A stretch of DNA of 64,000 bases from the human T2T-CHM13v2.0 reference genome, Homo sapiens. The translations under genes and the position numbers were made by a program. The DNA lies in assembly GCF_009914755.1 (NCBI RefSeq), contig NC_060925.1. One strand, written 5' to 3'. This document shows, piece by piece, positions 41,616-56,600 of the stretch; position 1 is the first letter of the stretch, and every line of letters starts with the position of its first letter. The notes under the pieces were generated by a model. That model was not told where the DNA came from, made no database searches, and saw only the letters and a list, made by a program, of their open reading frames with translations.

Positions 41616-44600
41616 AATGGAATGGAATCATCGCATAGAATCGAATGGAATTATCACCGAATGGAATCGAATGGAATCAACATCAAACGGAAAAAAACGG
41701 AATTATCGAATGGAATCGAAGAGAATCATCGAATGGACCCGAATGGAATCATCTAATGGAATGGAATGGAATAATCCATGGACTCGAATGCAATCATCAT
41801 CGAATGGAATCGAATGGAATCATCGAATGGACTCGAATGGAATAATCATTGAACGGAATCGAATGGAATCATCATCGGATGGAAATGAATGGAATCATCA
41901 TCGAATGGAATCGAATAGAATTATGGAATGAAATCCAGTGTGATCATCATCGAATGGACCCGAATGGAATCATCATCCAACGGAAGCTAATGGAATCAAC
42001 ATCGAATGAATCGAATGGAAACACCATCGAATTGAAACGAATGGAATTATCATGAAATTGAAATGGATGGACTCATCATCGAATGGATTCGAATGGAATC
42101 ATCGAATAAAATTGATTGAAATCATCATCCAATGGAATCGAATGGTATCATTGAATGGAATCGAATGGAATCATCATCAGATGGAAATGAATGGAATCGT
42201 CATAGAATGGAATCGAATGGATTCATTGAATGGAATCAGATGGAATCATCGAATGGACTGGAATGGAATCATTGAATGGACTCAAAAGGGATCATGATTG
42301 AATGGAATTGAATGGAATCATCGAATGGTCTCGATTGGAATCATTATCAAATGGAATCGAATGGAATCACCGAATAGAATCGAATGGAACAATCATCGAA
42401 TGGACTCAAATGGAATTATCCTCAAATGGAATGGAATGGAATTATTGAATGCAATCGAATGGAATTATCGAATGCAATCGAATAGAATCATCGAATGGAT
42501 TCGAATGGAATCATCGAATGGAATGGAATGCAACAGTCAATGAACTCGAATGGAATCATCATTGAATGGAATCGAATGGAATCATCGAGTGGAATCGAAT
42601 GGAATTATGATCAAATGGAATTGAATGTAATCATCATCAAATGGAATCAAAAATAACCGTCATCAATTGGTATTGAATGGAATTGTCATCAAATGGAATT
42701 CCAAGGAATCATCATCAAATGGAACCGAATGGAATCCTCATTGAATGGAAATGAAAGGGGTCATCATCTAATGGAATCGCATGGAATCATCATCAAATGG
42801 AATCGAATGCAATCATCATCAAATGGAATCTAATGGAATCATTGAACAGAATTGAATGGAATCGTCATCGAATGAATTGAATGCAGTCATCGAATGGTCT
42901 CGAATGGAATCATCTTCTAATGGAAAGGAATGGAATCATCGCATAGAATCGAATGGAATTAACATTGAATGGACTAGAATGGAATCAACATCAAAAGGAA
43001 TCAAGCGGAATTATCGAATGGAATCGAAAAGAATCATCGAATGGACTCGAATGGAATCATCTAATGGAATGGAATGGAATAATCCATGGACTCGAATGAA
43101 ATCATCATCGAATGGAATCGAATGGAATCATCGAATGGACTCGAATGGAATAATCATTGAACGGAATCGAATGGAATCATCATCGGATGGAAACGAATGG
43201 AATCATCATCGAATGGAAATGAAAGGAGACATAATCTAATGGAATTGCATGGAATCATCATAAAATGGAATCGAATGGAATCAACATCAAATGGAATCAA
43301 ATGGAATCATTGAACGGAATTGAATGGAATCGTCATCGAATGAATTGAATGCAATCATCGAATGGTCTCGAATGGAATCATCTTCTAATGGAAAGGAATG
43401 GAATCATCGCATAGAATCGAATGGAATTAAAATTGAATGAACTCGAATGGAATCAACATCAAACAGAAAAAATCGGTATTATCGAATGGAATCGAAGAGA
43501 ATCATCGAATGGACCCGAATGGAATCAACTAATGGAATGGAATGGAGTAATCCATGGACTCGAATGCAATCATCATCGAATGGAATCGAATGGAATCATC
43601 GAATGGACTCGAATGGAATAATCATTGAACGGAATCGAATGGAATCATCATCGGATGGAAACGAATGGAATCATCATCGAATGGAAATGAAAGGAGTCAT
43701 GTAATCGAATTGCATGGAATCATCATAAAATGGAATCGATTGGAATCAACATCAAATGGAATCCAATGGAATCATTGAACGGAATTGAATGGAATCGTCA
43801 TCGAATGAATTGAATGCAATCATCGAATGGTATCGAATGGAATCATCTTCAAATGGAATGGAATGGAATCATCGCATAGAATCGAATGGAATTATCATCG
43901 AATGGAATCGAATGGAATCAACATCAAACGGAAAAAAACGGAATTATCGAATGGAATCGAAGAGAATCATCGAATGGACCCGAATGGAATCATCTAATGG
44001 AATGGAATGGAATAATCCATGGACTCGAATGCAATCATCATCGAATGGATTCGAATGGAATCATCGAATGGACTCGAATGGAATAATCATCGAACGGAAA
44101 CGAATGGAATCATCATCGGATGGAAATGAATGGAATCATCATCGAATGGAATCGAATGGAATCATCATCAAATGGAATCGAATGGAATCATCATCAAATG
44201 GAATCTAATGGAATCATTGAACAGAATTGAATGGAATCGTCATCGAATGAATTGAATGCAATCATCGAATGGTCTCCAATGGAATCATCTTCTAATGGAA
44301 AGGAATGGAATCATCGCATAGAATCGAATGGAATTAACATTGAATGGACTCGAATGGAATCAACATCAAACGGAATCAAGCGGAATTAACGAATGGAATC
44401 GAAGAGAATCATCGAATGGACTCGAATGGAATCACCTAATGGAATGGAATGGAATAATCCATGGACACGAATGCAATCATCATCGAATGGAATCGAATGG
44501 AATCATCGAATGGACTCGAATGGAATAATCATTGAACGGAATCGAATGGAATCATCATCGGATGGAAACGAATGGAATCATCATCGAATGGAAATGAAAG

Positions 44601-47600
44601 GAGTCATCATCTAATGGAATTGCATGGAATCATCATAAAATGGAATCGAATGGAATCGACATCAAATGGAATCAAATGGAATCATTGAACGAAATTGAAT
44701 GGAATCGTCGTCGAATGAATTGAATGCAATCATCGAATGGTCTCGAATGGAATCATCTTCAAATGGAATGGAATGGAATCATCGCATAGAATCGAATGGA
44801 ATTATCATCGAATGGCATCGAAAGGTATCAACAACAAACGGAAAAAAACGGAATTATCGAATGGAATCGAAGAGAATCATCGAACGGAACCGAATGGAAT
44901 CATCTAATGGAATGGAATGGAATTATCCATGGACTCGAATGCAATCATCATCGAATGGAATCGAATGGAATCATCGAATGGACTCGAATGGAATAATCAT
45001 TGAACGGAATCTAATGGAATCATCATCGGATGGAAATGAATGGAATCATCATCGAATGGAATCGAATAGAATTATGGAATGAAATCCAGTGTGATCATCA
45101 TCGAATGGACCCGAATGGAATCATCATCCAACGGAAGCTAATGGAATCAACATCGAATGAATCGAATGGAAACACCATCGAATTGAAACGAATGGAATTA
45201 TCATGAAATTGAAATGGATGGACTCATCATCGAATGGATTCGAATGGAATCATCGAATAAAATTGATTGAAATCATGATCAAATGGAATCGAAAGGTATC
45301 ATTGAATGGAATCGAATGGAATCATCATCAGATGGAAATGAATGGAATCGTCATAGAATGGAATCGAATGGATTCATTGAATGGAATCAGATGGAATCAT
45401 CGAATGGACTGGAATGGAATCAGTGAATGGACTCGAAAGGGATCATCATTGAATGGAATTGAATGGAATCATCGAATGGTCTCGATTGGAATCATTATCA
45501 AATGGAATCGAATGAAATCACCGAATAGAATCGAATGGAACAATCATCGAATGGACTCAAATGGAATTATCTTCAAATGGAATCGAAGGGAATTATCGAA
45601 TGCAATCGAATGGAATTATCGAATGCAATCGAATAGAATCATCGAATGGACTCGAATGGAATCATCGAATGGAATGGAATGGAACAGTCAATGAACTCGA
45701 ATGGAATCATCATTGAATGGAATCGAATGGAATCATCGAGTGGAATCGAATGGAATTATGATCAAATGGAATCGAATGTAATCATCATCAAATGGAATCA
45801 AAAATAACCATCATCAAATGGTATTGATTGGATTGGTCATCAAATGGAATTCAAAGGAATCATCATCAAATGGAACAGAATGGAATCCTCATTGAATGGA
45901 AATGAAAGGGGTCATCATCTAATGGAATCGCATGGAATCATCATCAAAAGGAATCGAATGGAATCATCATCAAATGGAATCTAATGGAATCATTGAACAG
46001 AATTGAATGGAATCGTCATCGAATGAATTGAATGCAATCATCGAATTGTCTCGAATGGAATCATCTTCTAATGGAAAGGAATGGAATCATCGCATAGAAT
46101 CGAATGGAATTAACATTGAATGGACTCGAATGGAATCCACATCAAACGGAATCAAGCGGAATTATCGAATGGAATCGAAGAGAATCATCGAATGGACTCG
46201 AATGGAATCATCTAATGGAATGGAATGGAATAATCCACGGACTCGAATGAAATCATCATCATATAGAATCGAATGGAATCATCGAATGGACTCGAATGGA
46301 TTAATCATTGAACGGAATCAAATGGAATCATCATCGAATGGAAACGAATGGAATCATCATCGAATGGAAATGAAAAGAGTCATCATCTAATGGAATTGCA
46401 TGGAATCATCATAAAATGGAATCGAATGGAATCAACATCAAATGGAATCAAATGGAATCATTGAACGGAATTGAATGGAATCGTCATCGAATGAATTGAA
46501 TGCAATCATCGAATGGTCTCGAATGGAATCATCTTCTAATGGAAAGGAATGGAATCATCGCATAGAATCGAATGGAATTAAAATTGAATGGACTCGAATG
46601 GAATCAACATCAAACGGAAAAAAACGGAATTATCGAATGGAATCGAAGAGAATCATCGAATGGACCCGAATGTAATCATCTAATGGAATGGAATGGAATA
46701 ATCCATGGACTCGAATGCAATCATCATCGAATGGAATCGAATGGAATCATCGAATGGACACGAATGGAATAATCATTGAACGGAATCGAATGGAATCATC
46801 ATTGGATAGAAACGAATGGAATCATCATCGAATGGAAATGAAAGGAGTCATGTAATGGAATTGCATGGAATCATCATAAAATGGAATCGAATGGAATCAA
46901 CATCAAATGGAATCCAATGGAATCATTGAACGGAAATGAATGGAATCGTCATCGAATGAATTGAATGAAATCATCGAATGGTCTCGAATGGAATCATCTT
47001 CAAATGGAATGGAGTGGAATCATCGCATAGAATCGAATGGAATTATCATCGAATGGAATCGAATGGAATCAACATCAAACGGAAAAAAAACGGAATTATC
47101 GAATGGAATCAAAGAGAATCATCGAATGGACCCGAATGGAAACATCTAATGGAATGGAATGGAATAATCCATGGACTCGAATGCAATCATCATCGAATGG
47201 AATCGAATGGAATCATCGAATGGACTCGAATGGAATAATCATCGAATGGAATCGAGTGGAATCTTCATCGGATGGAAATGAATGGAATCATCATCGAATG
47301 GAATCGAATAGAATTATGGAATGAAATCCAGTGTGATCATCATCGAATGGACCCGAATGGAATCATCATACAACGGAAGCTAATGGAATCAACATCGAAT
47401 GAATCGAATGGAAACACCATCGAATTGAAACGAATGGAATTATCATGAAATTGAAATGGATGGACTCATCATCGAATGGATTCGAATGGAATCATCGAAT
47501 AAAATTGATTGAAATCATCATCAAATGGAATCGAATGGTATCATTGAATGGAATCGAATGGAATCATCATCAGATGGAAATGAATGGAATCGTCATAGAA

Positions 47601-50600
47601 TGGAATCGAATGGATTCATTGAATGGAATCAGATGGAATCATCGAATGGACTGGAATGGAATCATTGAATGGACTCGAAAGGGATCATTATTGAATGGAA
47701 TTGAATGGAATCATCGAATGGTCTCGATTGGAATCATTATCAAATGGAATCGAATGGAATCACCGAATAGAATCGAATGGAACAATCATCGAATGGAATC
47801 AAATGGAATTATCCTCAAATGGAATCGAATGGAATTATCGAATGCAATCGAATGGAATTATCGAATGCAATCGAATAGAATCATCGAATGGATTCGAATG
47901 GAATCATCGAATGGAATGGAATGGAACAGTCAATGAACTCGAATGGAATCATCATTGAATGGAATCGAATGGAATCATCGAGTGGAATCGAATGGAATTA
48001 TGATCAAATGGAATTGAATGTAATCATCATCAAATGGAATCAAAAATAACCATCATCAATTGGTATTGAATGGAATTGTCATCAAATGGAATTCAAAGGA
48101 ATCATCATCAAATGGAACCGAATGGAATCCTCATTGAATGGAAATGAAAGGGGTCATCATCTAATGGAATCGCATGGAATCATCATCAAATGGAATCGAA
48201 TGGAATCATCATCAAATGGAATCTAATGGAATCATTGAACAGAATTGAATGGAATCGTTATCGAATGAATTGAATGCAATCATCGAATGGTCTCGAATGG
48301 AATCATCTTCTATTGGAAAGGAATGGAATCATCGCATAGAATCGAATGGAATTAACATTGAATGGACTCGAATGGAATCAACATCAAACGGAATCAAGCG
48401 GAATTATCAAATGGAATCGAAGATAATCATCGAATGGACTCGAATGGAATCACCTAATGGAATGGAATGGAATAATCCATGGACTCGAATGCAATCATCA
48501 TCGAATGGAATCGAATGGAATCATCGAATGGACTCGAATGGAATAATCATTGAACGGAATCGAATGGAATCATCATCGGATGGAAACGAATGGAATCATC
48601 ATCGAATGGAAATGAAAGGAGTCATCATCTAATGGAATTGCATGGAATCATCATAAAATGGAATCGAATGGAATCGACATCAAATGGAATCAACTGGAAT
48701 CATTGAACGAAATTGAGTGGAATCATCGTCGAATGAATTGAATGCAATCATCGAATGGTCTCGAATGGAATCATCTTCAAATGGAATGGAATGGAATCAT
48801 CGCATAGAATCGAATGGAATTATCATCGAATGGCATCGAAAGGTATCAACAACAAACGGAAAAAAACGGAATTATCGAATGGAATCGAAGAGAATCATCG
48901 AACGGTCCCGAATGGAATCATCTAATGGAATGGAATGGAATTATCCATGGACTCGAATGCAATCATCATCGAATGGAATCGAATGGAATCATCGAATGGA
49001 CTCGAATGGAATAATCATTGAACGGAATCTAATGGAATCATCATCGGATGGAAATGAATGGAATCATCATCGAATGGAATCGAATAGAATTATGGAATGA
49101 AATCCAGTGTGATCATCATCGAATTGACCCGAATGGAATCATCATCCAACGGAAGCTAATGGAATCAACATCGAATGAATCGAATGGAAACACCATCGAA
49201 TTGAAACGAATGGAATTATCATGAAATTGAAATGGATGGACTCATCATCGAATGGATTCGAATGGAATCATCGAATAAAATTGATTGAAATCATGATCAA
49301 ATGGAATCGAAAGGTATCATTGAATGGAATCGAATGGAATCATCATCAGATGGAAATGAATGGAATCGTCATAGAATGGAATCGAATGGATTCATTGAAT
49401 GGAATCAGATGGAATCATCGAATGGACTGGAATGGAATCAGTGAATGGACTCGAAAGGGATCATCATTGAATGGAATTGAATGGAATCATCGAATGGTCT
49501 CGATTGGAATCATTATCAAATGGAATCGAATGAAATCACCGAATAGAATCGAATGGAACAATCATCGAAAGGACTCAAATGGAATTATGTTCAAATGGAA
49601 TCGAATGGAATTATCGAATGCAATCGAATGGAATTATCGAATGCAATCGAATAGAATCATCGAATGGACTCGAATGGAATCATCGAATGGAATGGAAAGG
49701 AACAGTCAATGAACTCGAATGGAATCATCATTGAATGGAATCGAATGGAATCATCGAGTGGAATCGAATGGAATTATGATCAAATGGAATCGAATGTAAT
49801 CATCATCAAATGCAATCAAAAATAACCATCATCAATTGGTATTGAATGGATTGGTCATCAAATGGAATTCAAAGGAATCATCATCAAATGGAACCGAATG
49901 GAATCCTCATTGAATGGAAATGAAAGGGGTCATCTAATGGAATCGCATGGAATCATCATCAAATGGAATCGAATGGAATCATCATCAAATGGAATCTAAT
50001 GGAATCATTGAACAGAATTGAATGGAATCGTCATCGAATGAATTGAATGCAATCATCGAATTGTCTCGAATGGAATCATCTTCTAATGGAAAGGAATGGA
50101 ATCATCGCATAGAATCGAATGGAATTAACATTGAATGGACTCGAATGGAATCCACATCAAACGGAATCAAGCGGAATTATCGAATGGAATCGAAGAGAAT
50201 CATCGAATGGACTCGAATGGAATCATCTAATGGAATGGAATGGAATAATCCACGGACTCGAATGCAATCATCATCATATAGAATCGAATGGAATCATCGA
50301 ATGGACTCGAATGGATTAATCATTGAACGGAATCAAATAGAATCATCATCGAATGGAAACGAATGGAATCATCATCGAAAGGAAATGAACAGAGTCATCA
50401 TCTAATGGAATTGCATGGAATCATCATAAAATGGAATAGAATGGAATCAACATCAAATGGAATCAAATGGAATCATTGAACGGAATTGAATGGAATCGTC
50501 ATCGAATGAATTGAATGCAATCATCGAATGGTCTCGAATGGAATCATCTTCTAATGGAAAGGAATGGAATCATCGCATAGAATCGAATGGAATTAAAATT

Positions 50601-53600
50601 GAATGGACTCGAATGGAATCAACATCAAACGGAAAAAAACGGAATTATCGAATGGAATCGAAGAGAATCATCGAATGGACCCGAAAGTAATCATCTAATG
50701 GAATGGAATGGAATAATCCATGGACTCGAATGCAATCATCATCGAATGGAGTCGAATGGAATCATCGAATGGACACGAATGGAATTATCATTGAACGGAA
50801 TCGAATGGAATCATCATCGGATGGAAACGAATGGAATCATCATCGAATGGAAATGAAAGGAGTCATATAATGGAATTGCATGGAATCATCATAAAATGGA
50901 ATCGAATGGAATCAACATCAAATGGAATCCAATGGAATCATTGAACGGAATTGAATGGAATCGTCATCGAATGAATTGAATGCAATCATCGAATGGTCTC
51001 GAATGGAATCATCTTCAAATGAAATGGAATGGAATCATTGCATAGAATCGAATGGAATTATCATCGAATGGAATCGAATGTTATCAACATCAAATGGAAA
51101 AAAACGGAATTATCGCATGGAATCGAAGAGAATCATCGAATGGACCCGAATGGAATCATCTAATGGAATGGAATGGAATAATCCATGGACTCGAATGCAA
51201 TCATCATCGAATGGAATCGAATGGAATCATCGAATGGAGTCGAATGGAATAATCATTGAACGGAATCGAATGCAATCATCATCGGATGGAAATGAATGGA
51301 ATCATCATCGAATGGAATCGAATAGAATTATGGAATAAAATCCAGTGTGATCATCATCGAATGGACCCGAATGGAATCATCATCCAACGGAAGATAATGG
51401 AATCAACATCGAATGAATCTAACAGAAACACCATCGAATTGAAATGAATGGAATTATCATGAAATTGTAATGGATGGACTCATCATCGAATGCATTCGAA
51501 TGGAATCATCGAATAAAATTGATTGAAATCATCATCAAATGAAATCAAATGGTATCATTGAATGGAATCGAATGAAATCGTCATCAGATGGAAATGAATG
51601 GAATCGTCATAGAATGGAATCGAATGGATTCATTGAATGGAATCATATGGAATCATCGAATGGACTGGAATGGAATCATTGAATGGACTCGAAAGGGATC
51701 ATGATTGAATGGAATTGAATGGAAACATCGAATGGTCTCGATTGGAATCATTATCAAATGGAATCGAATGGAATCACCGAATAGAATCGAATGGAACAAT
51801 CATCGAATGGACTCAAATGGAATTATCCTCAAATGGAATCGAATGGAATTATCGAATGCAATCGAATGGAATTATCGAATGCAATCGAATAGAATCATCG
51901 AATGGACTCGAATGGAATCATCGAATGGAATGGAATGGAACAGTCAATGAACTCGAATGGAATCATCATTGAATGGAATCGAATGGAATCATCGAGTGGA
52001 ATCGAATGGAATTATGATCAAATGGAATCGAATGTAATCATCATCAAATGGAATCAAAAATAACCATCATCAATTGGTATTGAATGGAATTGTCATCAAA
52101 TGGAATTCAAAGGAATCATCATCAAATGGAACCGAATGGAATCCTCATTGAATGGAAATGAAAGGGGTCATCATCTAATGGAATCACATGGAATCATCAT
52201 CAAATGGAATCGAATGGAATCATCATCAAATGGAATCTAATGGAATCATTGAACAGAATTGAATGGAATCGTCATCGAATGAATTGAATACAATCATCGA
52301 ATGGTCTCGAATGCAATCATCTTCTAATGGAAAGGAATGGAATCATCGCATAGAATCGAATGGAATTAACATTGAATGGACTCGAATGGAATCAACATCA
52401 AACGGAATCAAGCGGAATTATCGAATGTAATCGAAGAGAACCATCGAATGGACTCGAATGGAATCATCTAATGGAATGGAATGGAATAATCCACGGACTC
52501 GAATGCAATCATCATCGTATAGAATCGAATGGAATCATTGAATGGACTCGAATGGTATAATCATTGAACGGAATCGAATGGAATCATCATCGGATGGAAA
52601 CGAATGGAATTATCATCGAATGGAAATGAAAGGAGTCATCATCTAATGGAATCGCATGGAATCATCATAAAATGGAATCGAATGGAATCAACATCAAATG
52701 GAATCAAATGGAATCATTGAACGGAATTGAATGGAATCGTCATCGAATGAATTGAATGCAATCATCGAATGGTCTCGAATGGAATCATCTTCAAATGGAA
52801 TGGAATGGAATCATCGCATAGAATCGAATGGAATTATCATCGAATGGAATCGAAAGGTATCAACATCAAACGGAAAAAAACGGAATTATCGAATGGAATC
52901 GAAGAGAATCATCGAACGGACCCGAATGGAATCATCTAATGGAAAGGAATGGAATAATCCATGGACTCGAATCCAATCATCATCGAATGGAATCGAATGG
53001 AATCATTGAAAGGACTCTAATGGAATAATCATTGAACGGAATCGAATGGAATCATCATCGAATGGAAACTAATGGAATCATCATCGAATGGAAATGAAAG
53101 GAGTCATCATCTAATGGAATTGCATGGAATCATCATAAAATGGAATCGAATGGAATCAACATCAAATGGAATGAAATGGAATCATTGAACGGAATTGAAT
53201 GGAATCTTCATCGAATGAATTGAATGCAATCATCGAATGGTCTCGAATGGAATCATCTTCAAATGGAATGGAATGGAATCATCGCATAGAATCGAATGGA
53301 ATTATCATCGAATGGAATCGAATGGAATCAACATCAAACGGAAAAAAACGGAATTATCGAATGGAATCAAGAGAATCATCGAATGGACCCGAATGGAATC
53401 ATCTAATGGAATGGAATGGAATAATCCATGGACTCGAATGTAATCATCATCAAATGGAATCGAATGGAATCATCGAATGGACGCGAATGGAATAATCATT
53501 GAACGGAATCGAATGGAATCATCATCGGATGGAAATGAATGGAATCATCATCGAATGGAATCGAATAGAATTATGGAATGAAATCCAGTGTGATCATCAT

Positions 53601-56600
53601 CGAATGGACCCGAATGGAATCATCATCCAACGGAAGCTAATGGAATCAACATCGAATGAATCGAATGGAAACACCATCGAATTGAAACGAATGGAATTAT
53701 CATGAAATTGAAATGGATGGACTCATCATCGAATGGATTCGAATGGAATCATCGAATAAAATTGATTGAAATCATCATCAAATGGAATCGAATGGTATCA
53801 TTGAATGGAAACGAATGGAATCATCATCAGATGGAAATGAATGGAATCCTCATAGAATGGAATCGAATGGATTCATTGAATGGAATCAGATGGAATCATC
53901 GAATGGACTGGAATGGAATCATTGAATGGACTCGAAAGGGATCATTATTGAATTGAATTGAATGGAATCATCGAATGGTCTCGATTGGAATCATTATCAA
54001 ATGGAATCGAATGGAATCACCGAATAGAATCGAATGGAACAATCATCGAATAGACTCAAATGGAATTATCCTCCAATGGAATCGAATGGAATTATGGAAT
54101 GCAATCGAATGGAATTATCAAATGCAATCGAATAGAATCATCGAATGGACTTGAATGGAATCATCGAATGGAATGGAATGGAATAATCCACGGACTCGAA
54201 TGCAATCATCATCGTATAGAATCGAATGGAATCATCGAATGGACTCGAATGGAGTAATCATTGAACGGAATCGAATGGAATCATCATCGGATGGAAACGA
54301 ATGGAATCATCATCGAATGGAAATGAAAGGAGTCATCATCTAATGGAATTGCATGGAATCATCATAAAATGGAATCGAATGGAATCAACATCAAATGGAA
54401 TCAAATGGAATCATTGAACGGAATTGAATGAAATCATCATCGAATGAATTGAATGCAATCATCGAATGGTCTCGAATGGAATCATCTTCAAATGGAATGG
54501 AATGGAATCATCGCATAGAATCGAATGGAATTATCATCGAATGGAATCGAATGGTATCAACATCAAACGGAAAAAAACGGAATTATCGAATGGAATCGAA
54601 GAGAATCATCGAACGGACCCGAATGGAATCATCTAATGGAATGGAATGGAATAATCCATGGACTCGAATGCAATCATCATCGAATGGAATCGAATGGAAT
54701 CATCGAATGGACTCAAATGGAATAATCATTGAAGGGAATCGAATGGAATCATCATCGGATGGAAATGAATGGAATCATCATTGAATGGAATCGAGTAGAA
54801 TTATGGAATGAAATCCAGTGTGATCATCATCGAATGGACCCGAATGGAATCATCATCCAACGGAAGCTAATGGAATCAACATCGAATGAATCGAATGGAA
54901 ACACCATCGAATTGAAACGAATGGAATTATCATGAAATTGAAATGGATGCACTCATCATCGAATGGATTCGAATGGAATCATCGAATAAAATTGATTGAA
55001 ATCATCATCAAATGGAATCGAATGGTATCATTGAATAGAATCGAATGGAATCATCATCAGATGGAAATGAATGGAATCGACATAGAATGGAATCGAATGT
55101 ATTCATTGAATGGAATCAGATGGAATCATCGAATGGACTGGAATGGAATCATTGAATGGACTCGAAAGGGATCATTATTGAATGGAATTGAATGGAATCA
55201 TCGAATGGTCTCGATTGGAATCATTATCAAATGGAATCGAATGGAATCACCGAATAGAATCGAATGGAACAGTCATCGAATGGACTCAAATGGAATTATC
55301 CTCCAATGGAATCGAATGGAATTATCGAATGCAATCGAATGGAATTATCGAATGCAATCGAATAGAATCATCGAATGCACTCGAATGGAATCATCGAATG
55401 GAGTGGAATGGAACAGTCAATGAACTCGAATGGAATCATCATTGAATGGACTCGAATGGAATCATCGAGTGGAATCGAATGAAATTATGATCAAATGGAA
55501 TCGAATGTTATCATCATCAAATGGAATCAAAAGTAACCATCATCAATTGGTATTGAATGGAATTGTCATCAAATGGAATTCAAAGGAATCATCATCAAAT
55601 GGAACCGAATGGAATCCTCATTGAATAGAAATGAAAGGGGTCATCATCTAATGGAATCGCATGGAATCATCATCAAATGGAATCGAATGGAATCATCATC
55701 AAATGGAATCTAATGGAATCATGGAACAGAATTGAATGGAATCGTCATGGAATGAATTCAATGCAATCATCGAATGGTCTCGAATGGAATCATCTTCTAA
55801 TGGAAAGGAATGGAATCATCGCATAGAATCGAATGGAATTAACATTGAATGGACTCGAATGCAATCAACATCAAACGGAATCAAGCGGAATTATCGAATG
55901 GAATCGAAGAGAACCATCGAATGGACTCGAATGGAATCATCTCATGGAATGGAATGGAATAATCCACGGACTCGAATGCAATCATCATCGTATAGAATCG
56001 AATGGAATCATCGAATGGACTCGAATGGAATAATCATTGAACGGAAACGAATGGAATCATCATCGGATGGAAACGAATGGAATCATCATCGAATGGAAAT
56101 GAAAGGGGTCATCATCTAATGGAATTGCATGGAATCATCATCAAATGGAATCGAATGGAATCAACATCAAATGGAATCAAATGGAATCATTGAACGGAAT
56201 TGAATGGAATCGTCATCGAATGAATTGAATGCAATCATCGAATGGTCTCGAATGGAATTATCTTCAAATGGAATGGAATGGAATCATCGCATAGAATCGA
56301 ATGGAATTATCATCGAATGGAATCGAATGGAATCAACATCAAACGGAAAAAAACGGAATTATCGAATGGAATCGAAGAGAATCATCGAATGGACCCGAAT
56401 GGAATCATCTAATGGAATGGAATGGAATAATCTATGGACTCGAATGCAATCATCATCGAATGGAATCGAATGGAATCATCGAATGGACTCGAATGGAATA
56501 ATCATTGAACGGAATCGAATGGAATCATCATCGGATGGAAATGAATGGAATCATCATCGAATGGAATCGAATAGAATTATGGAATGAAATCCAGTGTGAT

